From positions 182,690 through 246,689 of the IMG/VR virus record IMGVR_UViG_3300042923_000601: 64,000 nt of DNA. The stretch is one strand, 5' to 3'. Within the stretch, counting starts at the first letter, position 1, and the number at the start of each line of letters is the position of its first letter. A program made the position numbers and the translations under genes. The notes under the pieces are model-generated. The model saw nothing but the letters and a program-made list of their open reading frames with translations. It was not told the origin of the DNA and ran no database searches. Of this stretch, positions 19,667 through 30,572 are shown piece after piece.

Positions 19667-19687
19667 TTGTTTATCTTTTTGCACGGA

Positions 19688-22345
19688 TTACACTAAGAGA
19701 ATGTCAATCGTGATTTTATCCAAATCAAGCTTAACAAACTCTGCAACGTAGTCAAGAAGCTCGTCCTGTGTCATGGCTGATACGGGCTTAGTGTTATTGA
19801 CCACGGCCTGATACAGTGTCGTGTAGTCATTCACGCCAGCAAGCTCAAATGACAGGATGCGGTTCTGTGTATACTTGAACTCATTCTCAACTTGCGTGAT
19901 GATATTGGAGAAATAGATGCTCTTTGATGTGTCAAGAACGTTAATCTCCTCGACAAGTGGTTTGATAAATGAACGGATGTCAGCCACAATGGTGGTATCT
20001 ACCCGGTTAGAGGATACACGTGCTCTGAATCTAAGACTGATATTTAAGCGATCAAGCAGTGTAGTAGATTCGCCCATAGTGAAGTACTTGGACCGTCCAT
20101 ACGTTGCAAAGAACTTAAAGTCAATGGACGAGTTATTCTTAATGAGCTGTAGCATACTGGTGATAGTTGCATTTGTCCGCTGGATGACTTCCGATATGTG
20201 AGTGATGTTCGACCGAATGTCACTGTACCGAATCAGCGGCAGCTGTTTAAGGCTAAAGGATACATTCCCACCCCCATTGTCCACGAGGGATACAGGAGCG
20301 TTGATCATTTTACTCATATTGAGCATGAATACAGAGCGGTCTTGTGCATTTGAGTACACGTTAACCAGCCCATACGCATCCAGACCCGGGATTAGATCGC
20401 CAAGATCACCTTTATCCACGAACACCCCGTCAGGGTCTTTGAAGTAAATACCAATCCCTAGCCGGACATTTGTTGTCGGTGTAATGAAGTCAAAGGTGTT
20501 TGTGGTTTTAACTTGATACACGGTGTTTATAATACGAAGCTTATCTTCCATTGTAATATAGTCATCGGTAGACATAGTGCCTTGTGCAACAAAGTAGTTA
20601 TCCAGACGATTGTAAGATGTGACCTGCATATTGAAGTAGCCTGTGATCTCGCCATCCACATCTTCTGAGTATACTAATCCAAATACCTTAATAGCATCCG
20701 GATCAAGGATATTACCACCGTCGTCAACAACCCCTGGTGGGATTTCACTCGCTGGGATCAGGTTCATGGTTATAGTGTAATGATTTTCCCCAGCAATGGC
20801 ATTGCGGGTCATGGTCATTCGGTTAATGATAAACTGAATCACCGCATCATCATTCGAGTAATCAAGCTGCATGAGGTTTAAGTTACTCACGCTGTTCATG
20901 TACATCGACGTTGACGGCGGGTCTTCATTGATTACAATCAGATACGGGCAGCCAAATAAAAACTTCGACGTGTCATTCTCAAGCTGTGTGATGAGTGCTG
21001 GGGTTAACGGCGTATTATTTTTCTCAACTACGAAGTGATTACCGGCAGTCAAGGAATACGCCGCCGTTGGTTTGATGATACGACGTTTCGTCTGTACATA
21101 ATGAGCATCAATATCTGCATCAGTCAGACGTGCATTCAGTGAATTGGTAGGAATGATATTCGACTCAGCGTCACGCATAATCATAAACGCGGTGAACTGC
21201 TTCTCGAAAATGTCGATCCGTTTCTTGATGAAAACCATATTATCCACTTCGTCAATGGTGCTGAAATAGTTGTTCAGGTCTAATTCAGTATCCATACTAC
21301 GAAGTGTGGATTTGTAGGTGATGATCAACTTCCGAATATCTTCTGTGCCCAAGGATGCAGTTCCACCTATAGAGTTGGTTGCAACTACAGGGTAGAAGTA
21401 TGACCCGGTGTAATCAATGGTGTCACCATAGGTCTGAGGGATAATACTGACATCACCTGACCGGTACGTAAAGTTCCCTTTATCGCCCAGTGTGGTATAG
21501 ATGTCAACGCGGAACTCAGAGTTAAAGCCCGGCGTGAACGTATCTGGTACATATAGACGTATTAGACCGGGAGTTGCGTTGTCATAATACACATATGTCC
21601 CATTCCCAGTCATCTTTGAGCGATAGTTCATTTTTGAAATCGGAGAATACTCAGTTGAGTCAGCTGCTTTGTAGTAAACGTTGAAGTATGCCAGCTCGCC
21701 TTCATATTTAAAGTCAAACCCGTTCAGGAATAACTGATCGGTTTCAATGACGTTGTAATACTGGTACTGCTTTTCCAGTTGGAAAAGTGTCAAGGTAATC
21801 ATCAGATACTCTGAAGCTTCAATCTTCCGGGTTGTTGCAATCAGCGGGTTGTTACTGGTATACAGTGGGTTATCCCCTGTCATCATGTACTGTGCGCCAT
21901 ACAGGAGTTTACCAGCCGTGTAGCGAGCGCTGATTTTAATATCATACGGAAGCATAAACTTAACGTCAGAAATGGAGATAATGGTGTCTGCTCCAAGGAC
22001 AAACTCCAAGGTAGTAGCTGATGTCATGAAATTTGCACGAAGATATTCCGTCGGGATACCCAGCGCGATTGTGATAACAGCCGGAGTTGCGTTAGGTAGC
22101 GTGAGGTCAGGATAGGTTGCGGCCTCCTGAATAAGTGTTTCACGGGATGCGGTCGCTGTATGCATTTCTCTTGCCCGGATCGCACCCGCAACAACAGAGT
22201 TCTCAAACACGGTACCCAATGTCTCTGCAATAACTGCGAACATCCCTGTACGGGACTTAGTGACCTCAGAGTAGGCATCCGCATCAAAATGCTGTGGTGC
22301 GATGTCATTCATGATCTTTTGGATCAAGTCTGTCTTTAATATCAT
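19688..22345 (-). CDS. baseplate wedge (baseplate J/gp6-like) protein
   Basis: 885-aa beta-rich protein; IYTTLGDKGNF and SIGGT..DIRK..DLNNYF patterns of the baseplate-J family; GGAGG RBS before ATG 22345. Confidence 0.65.
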   Translation of the reverse strand: MILKTDLIQKIMNDIAPQHFDADAYSEVTKSRTGMFAVIAETLGTVFENSVVAGAIRAREMHTATASRETLIQEAATYPDLTLPNATPAVITIALGIPTEYLRANFMTSATTLEFVLGADTIISISDVKFMLPYDIKISARYTAGKLLYGAQYMMTGDNPLYTSNNPLIATTRKIEASEYLMITLTLFQLEKQYQYYNVIETDQLFLNGFDFKYEGELAYFNVYYKAADSTEYSPISKMNYRSKMTGNGTYVYYDNATPGLIRLYVPDTFTPGFNSEFRVDIYTTLGDKGNFTYRSGDVSIIPQTYGDTIDYTGSYFYPVVATNSIGGTASLGTEDIRKLIITYKSTLRSMDTELDLNNYFSTIDEVDNMVFIKKRIDIFEKQFTAFMIMRDAESNIIPTNSLNARLTDADIDAHYVQTKRRIIKPTAAYSLTAGNHFVVEKNNTPLTPALITQLENDTSKFLFGCPYLIVINEDPPSTSMYMNSVSNLNLMQLDYSNDDAVIQFIINRMTMTRNAIAGENHYTITMNLIPASEIPPGVVDDGGNILDPDAIKVFGLVYSEDVDGEITGYFNMQVTSYNRLDNYFVAQGTMSTDDYITMEDKLRIINTVYQVKTTNTFDFITPTTNVRLGIGIYFKDPDGVFVDKGDLGDLIPGLDAYGLVNVYSNAQDRSVFMLNMSKMINAPVSLVDNGGGNVSFSLKQLPLIRYSDIRSNITHISEVIQRTNATITSMLQLIKNNSSIDFKFFATYGRSKYFTMGESTTLLDRLNISLRFRARVSSNRVDTTIVADIRSFIKPLVEEINVLDTSKSIYFSNIITQVENEFKYTQNRILSFELAGVNDYTTLYQAVVNNTKPVSAMTQDELLDYVAEFVKLDLDKITIDILLV

Positions 22346-22356
22346 TATTTTCCCTC

Positions 22357-23445
22357 CTATATCCACCGTAGATAGAATCTACCGTTTGATAATTCAATCT
22401 TTGGAGCATTAACGAGTGGAACGCCTATTGTGTCATTTACCCTGTCATATGATGGGTAGTATGAACCAGTGTCGTCCAGTAATTTCATTACCTCGTCTGA
22501 CCGGGATTTCTTTGCAAATCCGGAGATCGTGTTTAATTCAGATAATACAACAGGGTCGAGAATGCCGCTCTTAGACTTCATTGCGTACTCAAAATTGATA
22601 GTATACTCAGAATGTGAGAGCTGATCCTTTGTCGTTGCAAATGCGCTGTCAGGGCGGTTCTTAGGGAATACACCCTGGAGCTTCTCCCAGTATACCAGCT
22701 CAGATCCGTCTGCTTTTGTTACAAGGTAATACATAGATACAGCATAATCCAGAATACCATGCTCGATGTAGTAATCCTTAGGAGCCATATCGCCCAAGAA
22801 CACCATTTCAATGTAATCTGTCCACAGGGCAATGGTCTTATATACCGGAAGGAATTTGCTATCATGTAAGGTCAGTGAGAAGGAACCCGCCGACCTAGAA
22901 TGTATCGCATGCTTCCCGTACTTGATCTTCATACCATGATGCGTTTCGCCCTTTTCGAGTGTATCCAGTGACTGATCCTCTGGACTAAACCCCGTGCAGA
23001 AGTTTGTGAAGATTGGCATGTATGCATTAGGGAACCCTGTGTTCTGCTGGAGCATAGCAAGGTTCTCTTTATCAACCGCCGTCCCGTTACGAGCAAGTTC
23101 CCTAAAAGCAAGCCGGGATGCTGTCTGTTGGTTCATGTTAAGCTGAGTTAGATTCTTTTCGTCAAAGATATTAAGGTCGGGTCTGGTCATGAAGATGTAT
23201 CCTCGATGTCCACCTGGCCATAGGTATCCTTCCGGTAAATCAAACCGGTTGAACTTCGTTAAGTGATGGAGATACCCATCACCACTAACTGAGTCGTCAG
23301 AGCTGAGCCCTTTACCGGGATATAAAAGCGCCTGACCATCTGCATTCATTGCAAACTGAGCAAGCGTACCGGAGTATTGCACTGGAGCTTTGGGTGTCAT
23401 CATTGATGCAGTACTGACCGTTTTACCGTCTACGATATTAGCCAT
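22357..23445 (-). CDS. virion structural protein (tail-tube-like baseplate component)
   Basis: YIFMTRPDLN and W..GVFP patterns of jumbo-phage tube-fold proteins; adjacent to the wedge gene. Confidence 0.55.
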   Translation of the reverse strand: MANIVDGKTVSTASMMTPKAPVQYSGTLAQFAMNADGQALLYPGKGLSSDDSVSGDGYLHHLTKFNRFDLPEGYLWPGGHRGYIFMTRPDLNIFDEKNLTQLNMNQQTASRLAFRELARNGTAVDKENLAMLQQNTGFPNAYMPIFTNFCTGFSPEDQSLDTLEKGETHHGMKIKYGKHAIHSRSAGSFSLTLHDSKFLPVYKTIALWTDYIEMVFLGDMAPKDYYIEHGILDYAVSMYYLVTKADGSELVYWEKLQGVFPKNRPDSAFATTKDQLSHSEYTINFEYAMKSKSGILDPVVLSELNTISGFAKKSRSDEVMKLLDDTGSYYPSYDRVNDTIGVPLVNAPKIELSNGRFYLRWI

Positions 23446-23529
23446 GTATTCCACTCCTTTCATTGATCTAGGTGGTATTTATGGTATGTCCTGATGATAC
23501 GCATGTGTATAATCATCTATATATTGGAC

Positions 23530-23549
23530 TATATATTATCTTCGTGTAA
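23530..23549 (+). promoter_or_regulatory. early-type promoter motif
   Basis: tatatattatcttcgtgtaa upstream of GGAGGT RBS. Confidence 0.6.
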
Positions 23550-23580
23550 GGCCAAGCAATTCAGGAGGTGTTTCATATAT

Positions 23581-23763
23581 ATGAGTATTAAACTCGTGTT
23601 TAAAGAGGAGTACCTAAGAGGGCGCAAGCAACGGAAGACAGCACGGACTATCGTGAAAACGACAGACGTTGTGCTTGAAACTGTTGAACAAATTGTGCCG
23701 GGTAAAGCTGGTAAAAGTGCCAGACTGCTCCGTGAACTTCTGAGAATTATCTCAGGACAATAG
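23581..23763 (+). CDS. 60-aa basic protein starting MSIKLVFKEEYL
   Basis: AGGAGGT RBS; early motif upstream. Confidence 0.7.
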   Translation: MSIKLVFKEEYLRGRKQRKTARTIVKTTDVVLETVEQIVPGKAGKSARLLRELLRIISGQ

Positions 23764-23922
23764 AGACAAAACTTGCTCATCCCCTGCCCACCTAAAAGTC
23801 AGCCACTATGGCAAATAAACTAAATCAAGCTCGGGGGAGCGGTAAAATCTATGTCTAAACACGAAGTAATTGTGCGCCGTAGTTGTACAGCCCCTCATAA
23901 CCATCCAGAGGGGGATACAACA

Positions 23923-24021
23923 ATGAACGGTATCATAATTATTATTGACGCACTTTTTGGCAAGAAGTCTGACAAGAAGAAACCAAAGAATGATTCCTAT
24001 ACAGTCAAGTTCCATTGTTAA
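23923..24021 (+). CDS. small peptide MNGIIIIIDALFGKK... (may start at ATG 23851)
   Basis: GAGGGG RBS; followed by terminator. Confidence 0.4.
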   Translation: MNGIIIIIDALFGKKSDKKKPKNDSYTVKFHC

Positions 24022-24034
24022 TATATAGCGTTAC

Positions 24035-24073
24035 AAAAGAATACCTGTCCAGGGAGTCAGGTATTCTTTTTTT
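24035..24073. terminator. bidirectional terminator
   Basis: aaaagaatacctg..caggtattctttt + T-tract. Confidence 0.75.
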
Positions 24074-24111
24074 GCTTTTAGCACGAAAAACGTCTAGTAT
24101 TCTGCACGTCG

Positions 24112-24123
24112 AACAAGATAATA
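24112..24123 (+). promoter_or_regulatory. late-type promoter motif AACA-N6-TA
   Basis: aaca-agataa-ta at the start of the head gene cluster. Confidence 0.6.
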
Positions 24124-24151
24124 TACTTAAATACATGAAGGAGGGCACGAC

Positions 24152-25291
24152 ATGATCATCGAACAGCTTATCACGTTCGGTAAGATGATGCAGAAAGAAT
24201 GGTCACTTATCACGAGCAAGACTCATGTCAACTTTGGTCAAAGTCCGACGCGGAATAAATCCATATCGTCACTTGCCAATGACAGTACTTATTTTTACCC
24301 GGTTGTAGGCTCGGAATACCTTTCCGCCGATGAACTGGTTATGCTCACTCGGGCATTTGAACGGTCGTATGCCGTATTCACCCGTACAGCATTCTCTCTC
24401 ATCCCGGCAGTTGAGGTTCCAAGTTTCACGAATGCCACCGTTCGTAACTACCTCACCCAGTTCCATACAAACATGAACACGGTTCCTAACTGGGGCGGTA
24501 CGATTGACAAGAATAATGGATTCACACTCAATGAAACGTCTCTTAATGAGGCATCAACGGGTGGCCCTGACCCTATCGGCGGTCCACTGGGGCCGATTGA
24601 AACAAACGTTAAACGGGCAGAGCCATTTAAAAAGGCAACTACTCTTTTTTCGGATTTGGATTGGAAGAAAGCAAACGATATGTTACCTACCACTATGCAA
24701 GTGCCTGTTAAATTTGTGTCTAGGGACACAAAGGCAGAGGCGGTTGTCGATGTTATGGTAAATATCAAGGCAACAATGCACCGCTCGGCGTCAAGCCCGC
24801 TGGTACAGGACATTGCCAACAGCGTTAACGGCAAGAGAGGACTTCTGAACTTCGTTAAATGGTTCTCCGGTGAACAAAAATCATTGTCGGACTTGCTGTT
24901 TGGTGTTAGCCAGATGAAGTTCGATATTCAGAATAAGAAAGCCAGCCCTTGGGTTGAGGCGTTTAAACGCCGCGCTCGTCTGGCTCAGGGTGGATCGGCT
25001 ATGCTGATGAACAACCTGAAACCAATCGCAACCCTTTGTGTAACCATGAACGAAGTTAACGCTCTGAAAACGCAATACGACATTGATGTTTTTAAAGACG
25101 TTAAGAAAATCATGGACGCTTACTACCTGCTCGGATTCTGCATCGTTGACCAAGTGAACGAAGTCGTATACGTTCGTTACGACTCACAGGTTGACTTTCA
25201 AGAGTTCCCATACAAAACACTGGAACGCGAAGCAGCCAGCCAAGACCGTACCCTTAAGGATATGGTTAAAGCTATGGGCGCACTTCGCTAA
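24152..25291 (+). CDS. virion structural (head) protein
   Basis: AAGGAGG RBS; internal LNET/LNEA sites; biased codon usage. Confidence 0.6.
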   Translation: MIIEQLITFGKMMQKEWSLITSKTHVNFGQSPTRNKSISSLANDSTYFYPVVGSEYLSADELVMLTRAFERSYAVFTRTAFSLIPAVEVPSFTNATVRNYLTQFHTNMNTVPNWGGTIDKNNGFTLNETSLNEASTGGPDPIGGPLGPIETNVKRAEPFKKATTLFSDLDWKKANDMLPTTMQVPVKFVSRDTKAEAVVDVMVNIKATMHRSASSPLVQDIANSVNGKRGLLNFVKWFSGEQKSLSDLLFGVSQMKFDIQNKKASPWVEAFKRRARLAQGGSAMLMNNLKPIATLCVTMNEVNALKTQYDIDVFKDVKKIMDAYYLLGFCIVDQVNEVVYVRYDSQVDFQEFPYKTLEREAASQDRTLKDMVKAMGALR

Positions 25292-25308
25292 TAAAGGAGG
25301 GTTATCCA

Positions 25309-26253
25309 ATGCACGATCAGTTGCTACTCTTTGAGCATATTAAAGAGCATTACGATGCTCCTATGCGGTCACGCTTTATGAGCATGACTGAAGCAGAGCA
25401 GGTTACGGTGGGGCGGAATCTGGTAGACAGAATCTATGTCACCATCGCCGAGAAGTATAATGAAGTCGATTTCGAGAATATTCCGGCATCCAAAGGTGAC
25501 ATCACCAAGCTGCCTGAGTATGCTAACCTCAAAGCGTCTCTTACCCTTCTGGCCGAGATCGAGAAAAGTTCGAATCAATCGATCCCGGAGATTAAGGTCC
25601 TGACTGACGCACTTCAATATTTGGAGATGTTCTCTAGCGACTTCTATATGGGATTCGTTAAGAAGAATGCTTCGATTATCATGACCTATAACCTTCTTGC
25701 AATGTCGGTTATTTGCGGGACATCCTTGATGATCTCCGTTCTGGTTGATTACGTCAACCTGGGTAACACCGACAGCGTACAGGTAATCATCAATACCAAA
25801 TACCGTAAAGGTCAAAAGTACCTACTGATCGATTCTTTGAATCAGTTCTGTGTACAGGCCAGAAACGGTGCATTCAAACGCAACCTTACTGCAATGGCTA
25901 AACCGGCTCCAATCCAAGAAGCTGTGCTTACATCCATTGCATTCTACTCTGCAGCTGTATTTGCAGCCTTCACTATTATCCCTCTGATTAAAGAATTGAT
26001 CTATCTCTTCTACTTCAGCCGGATGAAAATCAGTGAGGCTGCAAAAATTCAGGCTGATCTTCTGAATGCTAACATTCAGTCGGTTCAGGCTTCGGGGAAA
26101 GCGACAGATAAGATGGTTCGCATCCAAAGCTGGTTTGCGGATAAGCTGTCTAAGATTTCCCATGTATTCGCTTTTAACTATGAAAAGAATGAGCGGAAGG
26201 CACAGGCTGAAGCAAAAGCCAAGCTTACCCAATCCGATATCGTTCTCTTCTAA
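25309..26253 (+). CDS. virion protein with hydrophobic (possible membrane) helices
   Basis: MTEA and IQEA sites; IPASKGDITK; hydrophobic segment after IQEA. Confidence 0.6.
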   Translation: MHDQLLLFEHIKEHYDAPMRSRFMSMTEAEQVTVGRNLVDRIYVTIAEKYNEVDFENIPASKGDITKLPEYANLKASLTLLAEIEKSSNQSIPEIKVLTDALQYLEMFSSDFYMGFVKKNASIIMTYNLLAMSVICGTSLMISVLVDYVNLGNTDSVQVIINTKYRKGQKYLLIDSLNQFCVQARNGAFKRNLTAMAKPAPIQEAVLTSIAFYSAAVFAAFTIIPLIKELIYLFYFSRMKISEAAKIQADLLNANIQSVQASGKATDKMVRIQSWFADKLSKISHVFAFNYEKNERKAQAEAKAKLTQSDIVLF

Positions 26254-26260
26254 AACTGTA

Positions 26261-26282
26261 TACGGTCCCTTCGGGGGCCGTA
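26261..26282 (+). terminator. hairpin
   Basis: tacggtccc-ttcg-ggggccgta. Confidence 0.55.
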
Positions 26283-26314
26283 TTCCTCAAAGTTTATAGA
26301 TGAGAGGTGAGATC

Positions 26315-26758
26315 ATGTTTAATACAATCCTCGAAAATGCAACAATGCCCAAGCCATTGGTATTCCTTGGTGGCACGTGCGGCGATTCCAAGTGGCGCGA
26401 GGTACTCATGCCACAATTGGAGATCGATTACTTCAATCCGGTTGTCGATGACTGGAAGCCTGAGGATCAGGAAAAGGAACTTGAGGTTCGTGCTAAAGCG
26501 GACTATCTCCTTTACGTGATCACACCTAAGGCATCCGGTATGTATTCGGCGGCTGAGGTTGCAGATGACAGTAACAAGAGACCTAAGAAAACGATATTCT
26601 GCTATCTGGCAAGTGACGGTGGGTCAATATTCACAGCTGAACAAGTCAAGTCGATGGATTCAATCGGTAGACTGGTTGAGGCTAACGGTGGAACATGGCT
26701 TAAGTCACTGGAAGAGGTCGTCAAGACCTTAAACATGACGCCGTATTTGAATTTGTGA
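26315..26758 (+). CDS. nucleoside 2-deoxyribosyltransferase-like domain protein
   Basis: VFLGGTCGDSKWRE..YFNPVVDDW..E..YSAAEV pattern; N-terminal MFNTILENA extension. Confidence 0.8.
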   Translation: MFNTILENATMPKPLVFLGGTCGDSKWREVLMPQLEIDYFNPVVDDWKPEDQEKELEVRAKADYLLYVITPKASGMYSAAEVADDSNKRPKKTIFCYLASDGGSIFTAEQVKSMDSIGRLVEANGGTWLKSLEEVVKTLNMTPYLNL

Positions 26759-26773
26759 AAGGAGGAGTAACGA

Positions 26774-27727
26774 ATGTTTCATGATATTATCAGAGAAACC
26801 AACCAACTTTTTCATCCAGAAGGTATAACCGAATCTGTAACCGAAAGCCGGTACAATTTGCTTAGCTATCTGTCTGAAATGGCAACACTGCCTTTACATA
26901 CCCACGGGGTACTGTCCGAGGCCGATGTACCCGATATTGTCGGAAAACAGAAAGGTATCATTCGCCGGTTGATTGAATTTTTTGCCCGGATGATTCACAA
27001 TATCAAAACCCGTATTACGGCTCGGTTCCAGTCGGCTGAGGAGCGTCTCAATACGCTTCAGAAGTATCTGAGAACCATCGATCATCGAGCCATTCAAATC
27101 AATACCCGTATGAAGATTAATTCTTTCGATCGGGTTCTGGATACGGTGTTTAAAATCGAAGATGAACTTAGAGCAAACCAGCTCAATAACCTCATGGAGA
27201 CATTCTTTAAAATGGGGAAGGTTGAGAAGGGGATGGAAGTTATCAAAGCCGCTGCAACCAAGGGTAAATCCATTGCAGAACGGTTTTCTGGCTACGTTCC
27301 TTCTATGGTGAAATACAACGGCAAGAATGTGGAGCAAATCCGCGATGAGTTACTCGGTGAGATTGGCCCAACGACCAATATTCAAACCGAGAAATTCTTC
27401 TCCAACCTTGAACGTGGCAAGAAGTTTAAGAACGAACTGGATAAACTAGTGGCTGAATACAGTAAGGTATTGAACGGTCTGTCGGCAGCCGCTGAGGCAT
27501 CTGATAAGATGCAATCAATCGGTCCTAACGGTCAGCACATGTTCAATAGCATTGTAAACACCATGACATCGTTCTTTAACCGCAACGTTCATTTGGTTAC
27601 AAGTCTGGTACTTGAAATTATTGATACAACTCAAACCGCAGCATTTCGAATGGTAGCAACTGCTAACACCCTCGGTCTGGCAGGTGCAGCTGAAGTGTTG
27701 CGCTCAGTAAGACCCGATAAGAAATAG
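26774..27727 (+). CDS. internal head paralog-family protein
   Basis: MFHDIIRET leader; ITES/VTES/LSEA; IIRRLIEFF helix. Confidence 0.65.
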   Translation: MFHDIIRETNQLFHPEGITESVTESRYNLLSYLSEMATLPLHTHGVLSEADVPDIVGKQKGIIRRLIEFFARMIHNIKTRITARFQSAEERLNTLQKYLRTIDHRAIQINTRMKINSFDRVLDTVFKIEDELRANQLNNLMETFFKMGKVEKGMEVIKAAATKGKSIAERFSGYVPSMVKYNGKNVEQIRDELLGEIGPTTNIQTEKFFSNLERGKKFKNELDKLVAEYSKVLNGLSAAAEASDKMQSIGPNGQHMFNSIVNTMTSFFNRNVHLVTSLVLEIIDTTQTAAFRMVATANTLGLAGAAEVLRSVRPDKK

Positions 27728-27741
27728 AAGAGGTGACGATC

Positions 27742-28584
27742 ATGTTCGACTTCAATTCAGGTGAAGTTTACAAAAAGGTTCCAGGGCTTACACTTGAAGA
27801 TGCTATTACAGCTATTCAGGAGAGTAGCTTGTCTCTATCAACTACACCGGCTGGTGACCAGAACACCGGTCAGTCCCTGCTTGTAAGAGTGAAAGAAATC
27901 TTTGAAAAGATTAAAACCAAGGTCATGGCTTTTGTCAACGGATTATTGAAAAAGCTCCGGCTTAATTCTGCGGGCAAGCTTGACTTCATTAAGAAAAATG
28001 AAGCCCGCATTAAGAACTACTCCAAGCCTCATATGATATCCATGCCTAAGAATTTGGCCAATCCACTGAAGCCATACAGTGCAAAGCTAATATGGGCACG
28101 CATTGTGGATGCAGGCCAGCGCATGGGTGTTATTGGCACACTGGCTAGGGATGAAGAAACGATCAGAAAGATGCATGCTAAGTATACCGATGAGATCATC
28201 ATGAATGTACTGGCTGGTATGGTTACTGATCCCGATGCAAAACTCCTTACAGATGAAATCATCTATGCTGAATACGTCGGTAAGGATGCGAGCATTGATA
28301 TCAGTAAACTGAACAAGGAAGCCTTGATCCAACAGGCTGTACAACTCCATGCTGACTTTGAGGAATTTGCTAAGCAGCGCGGCGAATACTCCAAGTTTTT
28401 GGATACCATAACTCGCGATAACAAATTGTTTGAAGCCGAAAACCGGGTGGCGACCAATATGTTGGTAACGCTGGTTTCCCGGTTTGTAACAGCGACTCTT
28501 CGTTTCACATCGGTTATGAGTAGTGTGTTGATGAAGCGATTCAATGTAATCTATTCTATCCTTCACCGCATGGCTACTCACTAA
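27742..28584 (+). CDS. internal head paralog-family protein
   Basis: MFDF leader; IQES; VKEIFEKIKTKVMAF helix. Confidence 0.65.
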   Translation: MFDFNSGEVYKKVPGLTLEDAITAIQESSLSLSTTPAGDQNTGQSLLVRVKEIFEKIKTKVMAFVNGLLKKLRLNSAGKLDFIKKNEARIKNYSKPHMISMPKNLANPLKPYSAKLIWARIVDAGQRMGVIGTLARDEETIRKMHAKYTDEIIMNVLAGMVTDPDAKLLTDEIIYAEYVGKDASIDISKLNKEALIQQAVQLHADFEEFAKQRGEYSKFLDTITRDNKLFEAENRVATNMLVTLVSRFVTATLRFTSVMSSVLMKRFNVIYSILHRMATH

Positions 28585-28604
28585 TCTAAAAAGGAGGAAC
28601 TACT

Positions 28605-29396
28605 ATGTTTAATTTGACATACCAGCCCAATGGTAAAATCTCAGCCATCGACAATAATCTGCGACCTATCAGTATCCAAGAAGCAGTCTTTGAAATCGGG
28701 CAGCTGCGTGTACAACTGATCACAGAAGCCGACGGTGAGGATAAGAAGGCGAAGTTCAAGCGGATCGTCAAAGACCTGATTGCGAAGATCAAAGCCTTCT
28801 TTAAAGGGCTTGCCCTTAAGATTACAAAATCAGCGACTGAACGGGAGAAGTTCGTTCTTGAGAACAAGGGAACGATCCTTAAATACAGCCCTGGTGATGG
28901 CACAGCCAGTATCCCATCGCACCTGTTGAAACCTTCGGTTAAACTAACCACGGGTTTGATCATGTCCGCAACCAGCAAAGTCATTACCCACCCGGACGGG
29001 TTTAACAGTGAGCATGCGATGGAGAACGTACTCAAAATTATCGCCCCATCATACAAAGAAGGGATATCCATATCTGAATTCTTCAGTTTTCTTCATGGGG
29101 AGCAGACGGATGTCCCTCTAAAAAATATTTCTCCGGCGCAATTAATTGATTCATTCCTATCGGACATGAAGTTCCTTAAGGAGCTTGACAAGTGGGAAAC
29201 CAATTTTATTTCATACGCTGAAAGACCAGGCAGTTATGAGATGGATCATGAAAATCCAGAGCTTGTGATTTCGCATATTATTCAATTCGGTATCTCCATC
29301 ACTGATCTTGTATACCGGACTGTCATACATGCGACTAATGTGAAGTTCTCCCTTCTCAAAGCAATGGAATCTGCAGCTAACGATCGCGACAACTAA
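28605..29396 (+). CDS. internal head paralog-family protein
   Basis: IQEA/ITEA; IVKDLIAKIKAFF helix. Confidence 0.65.
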   Translation: MFNLTYQPNGKISAIDNNLRPISIQEAVFEIGQLRVQLITEADGEDKKAKFKRIVKDLIAKIKAFFKGLALKITKSATEREKFVLENKGTILKYSPGDGTASIPSHLLKPSVKLTTGLIMSATSKVITHPDGFNSEHAMENVLKIIAPSYKEGISISEFFSFLHGEQTDVPLKNISPAQLIDSFLSDMKFLKELDKWETNFISYAERPGSYEMDHENPELVISHIIQFGISITDLVYRTVIHATNVKFSLLKAMESAANDRDN

Positions 29397-29416
29397 TATT
29401 AAAGGAGGAAACCAAA

Positions 29417-30499
29417 ATGTTTACTTACGATAAAGAAGTTGTAAACTCCATTCAAGAGACCTCGGGTAACATGTCGCTGTACGAGTCTGTTCTTGCCCTG
29501 CATGAGGCGACTATCAATCCTCTGCTTACAATGAACACCCTCTCCAGTGCATACCGTCTTCAATTGGAGTCTGTTTTGGAAGAAAACGGCCGTGTGTTTA
29601 ACGATGCCGTAAAGGCGGTTTTGACCGAAGCGACAAAGGATATGACGAACCAGCTGACTGCAGATGCTGAGTCGGTGCTGTCTTCTGTGAAGAAGATTAG
29701 ATCGACTCTTTCCACTACCTTGAGTCAGATTAATAAGCAAAACAATGAGGTTGTCACCAAATACGAACCCCTGATTCGCCAGTTGGATGCATCTCGCTCG
29801 GCGTACACGGTTCGTAGTTACAACCTTTCCAACCTTGCAACTAGCGACATCCTTGCTCGGGTTATGTCCTGCGTAGCCAATGATCTGAATCTTGATCCTA
29901 AGCGCATGACAGAACCAACTGCGACCCTTGAGCAGTTGATCGCTGATTACAACAAAATGGGGCAGGATGCTGTACACTGTTTGAAACGCGCCGTCCTTGG
30001 TGTCGCTAATACCGTGGACGTGTCCCAGAACTTCTTCCAAATGGTCACCGATGCGTTGGTTAGCCCAACAGCAACCGAGACCCGTTCGTTCACCAACGAC
30101 ACGTTTGGTACACTGGCAAACATGACAGACGATTTCCAAGCGTCTGAAATGGATGCTGTTGTTGCTGAGCTTGAGAATCACATCAATGAAATCAGAGACC
30201 TGAAGCGCATCAACCTGTCCAGCACAGGTAATGAGTACGGCAACTCTGTCATGGTTCAGTATCTGATTACCCGGAAGATGGCCATTTGCACTGCTCTGAG
30301 TCTGGTTGCTGAGGTTCTTAACACGAAAGCATCCGTCTACGAACAGATGTCAGTTGACTACCGGAAGATCATTATTAACACTTACGAGAAGCTGATTGCT
30401 CCAGCTGGCGGCTTTGTACAGGAAGCATACGATCCACAATCGGATGACCTGATCGGTCTATTCCATATGGAATGTGCTTCCAGTAGCGATTTATTCTAG
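29417..30499 (+). CDS. internal head protein
   Basis: IQET, LYES, LHEA, LTEA and C-terminal VQEA. Confidence 0.6.
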   Translation: MFTYDKEVVNSIQETSGNMSLYESVLALHEATINPLLTMNTLSSAYRLQLESVLEENGRVFNDAVKAVLTEATKDMTNQLTADAESVLSSVKKIRSTLSTTLSQINKQNNEVVTKYEPLIRQLDASRSAYTVRSYNLSNLATSDILARVMSCVANDLNLDPKRMTEPTATLEQLIADYNKMGQDAVHCLKRAVLGVANTVDVSQNFFQMVTDALVSPTATETRSFTNDTFGTLANMTDDFQASEMDAVVAELENHINEIRDLKRINLSSTGNEYGNSVMVQYLITRKMAICTALSLVAEVLNTKASVYEQMSVDYRKIIINTYEKLIAPAGGFVQEAYDPQSDDLIGLFHMECASSSDLF

Positions 30500-30572
30500 T
30501 AACAGTACATTGATCTCTGTCGATGCAAACATACGATAAATCAAATCCATCATTTTTAGGAGGTAAACACAC

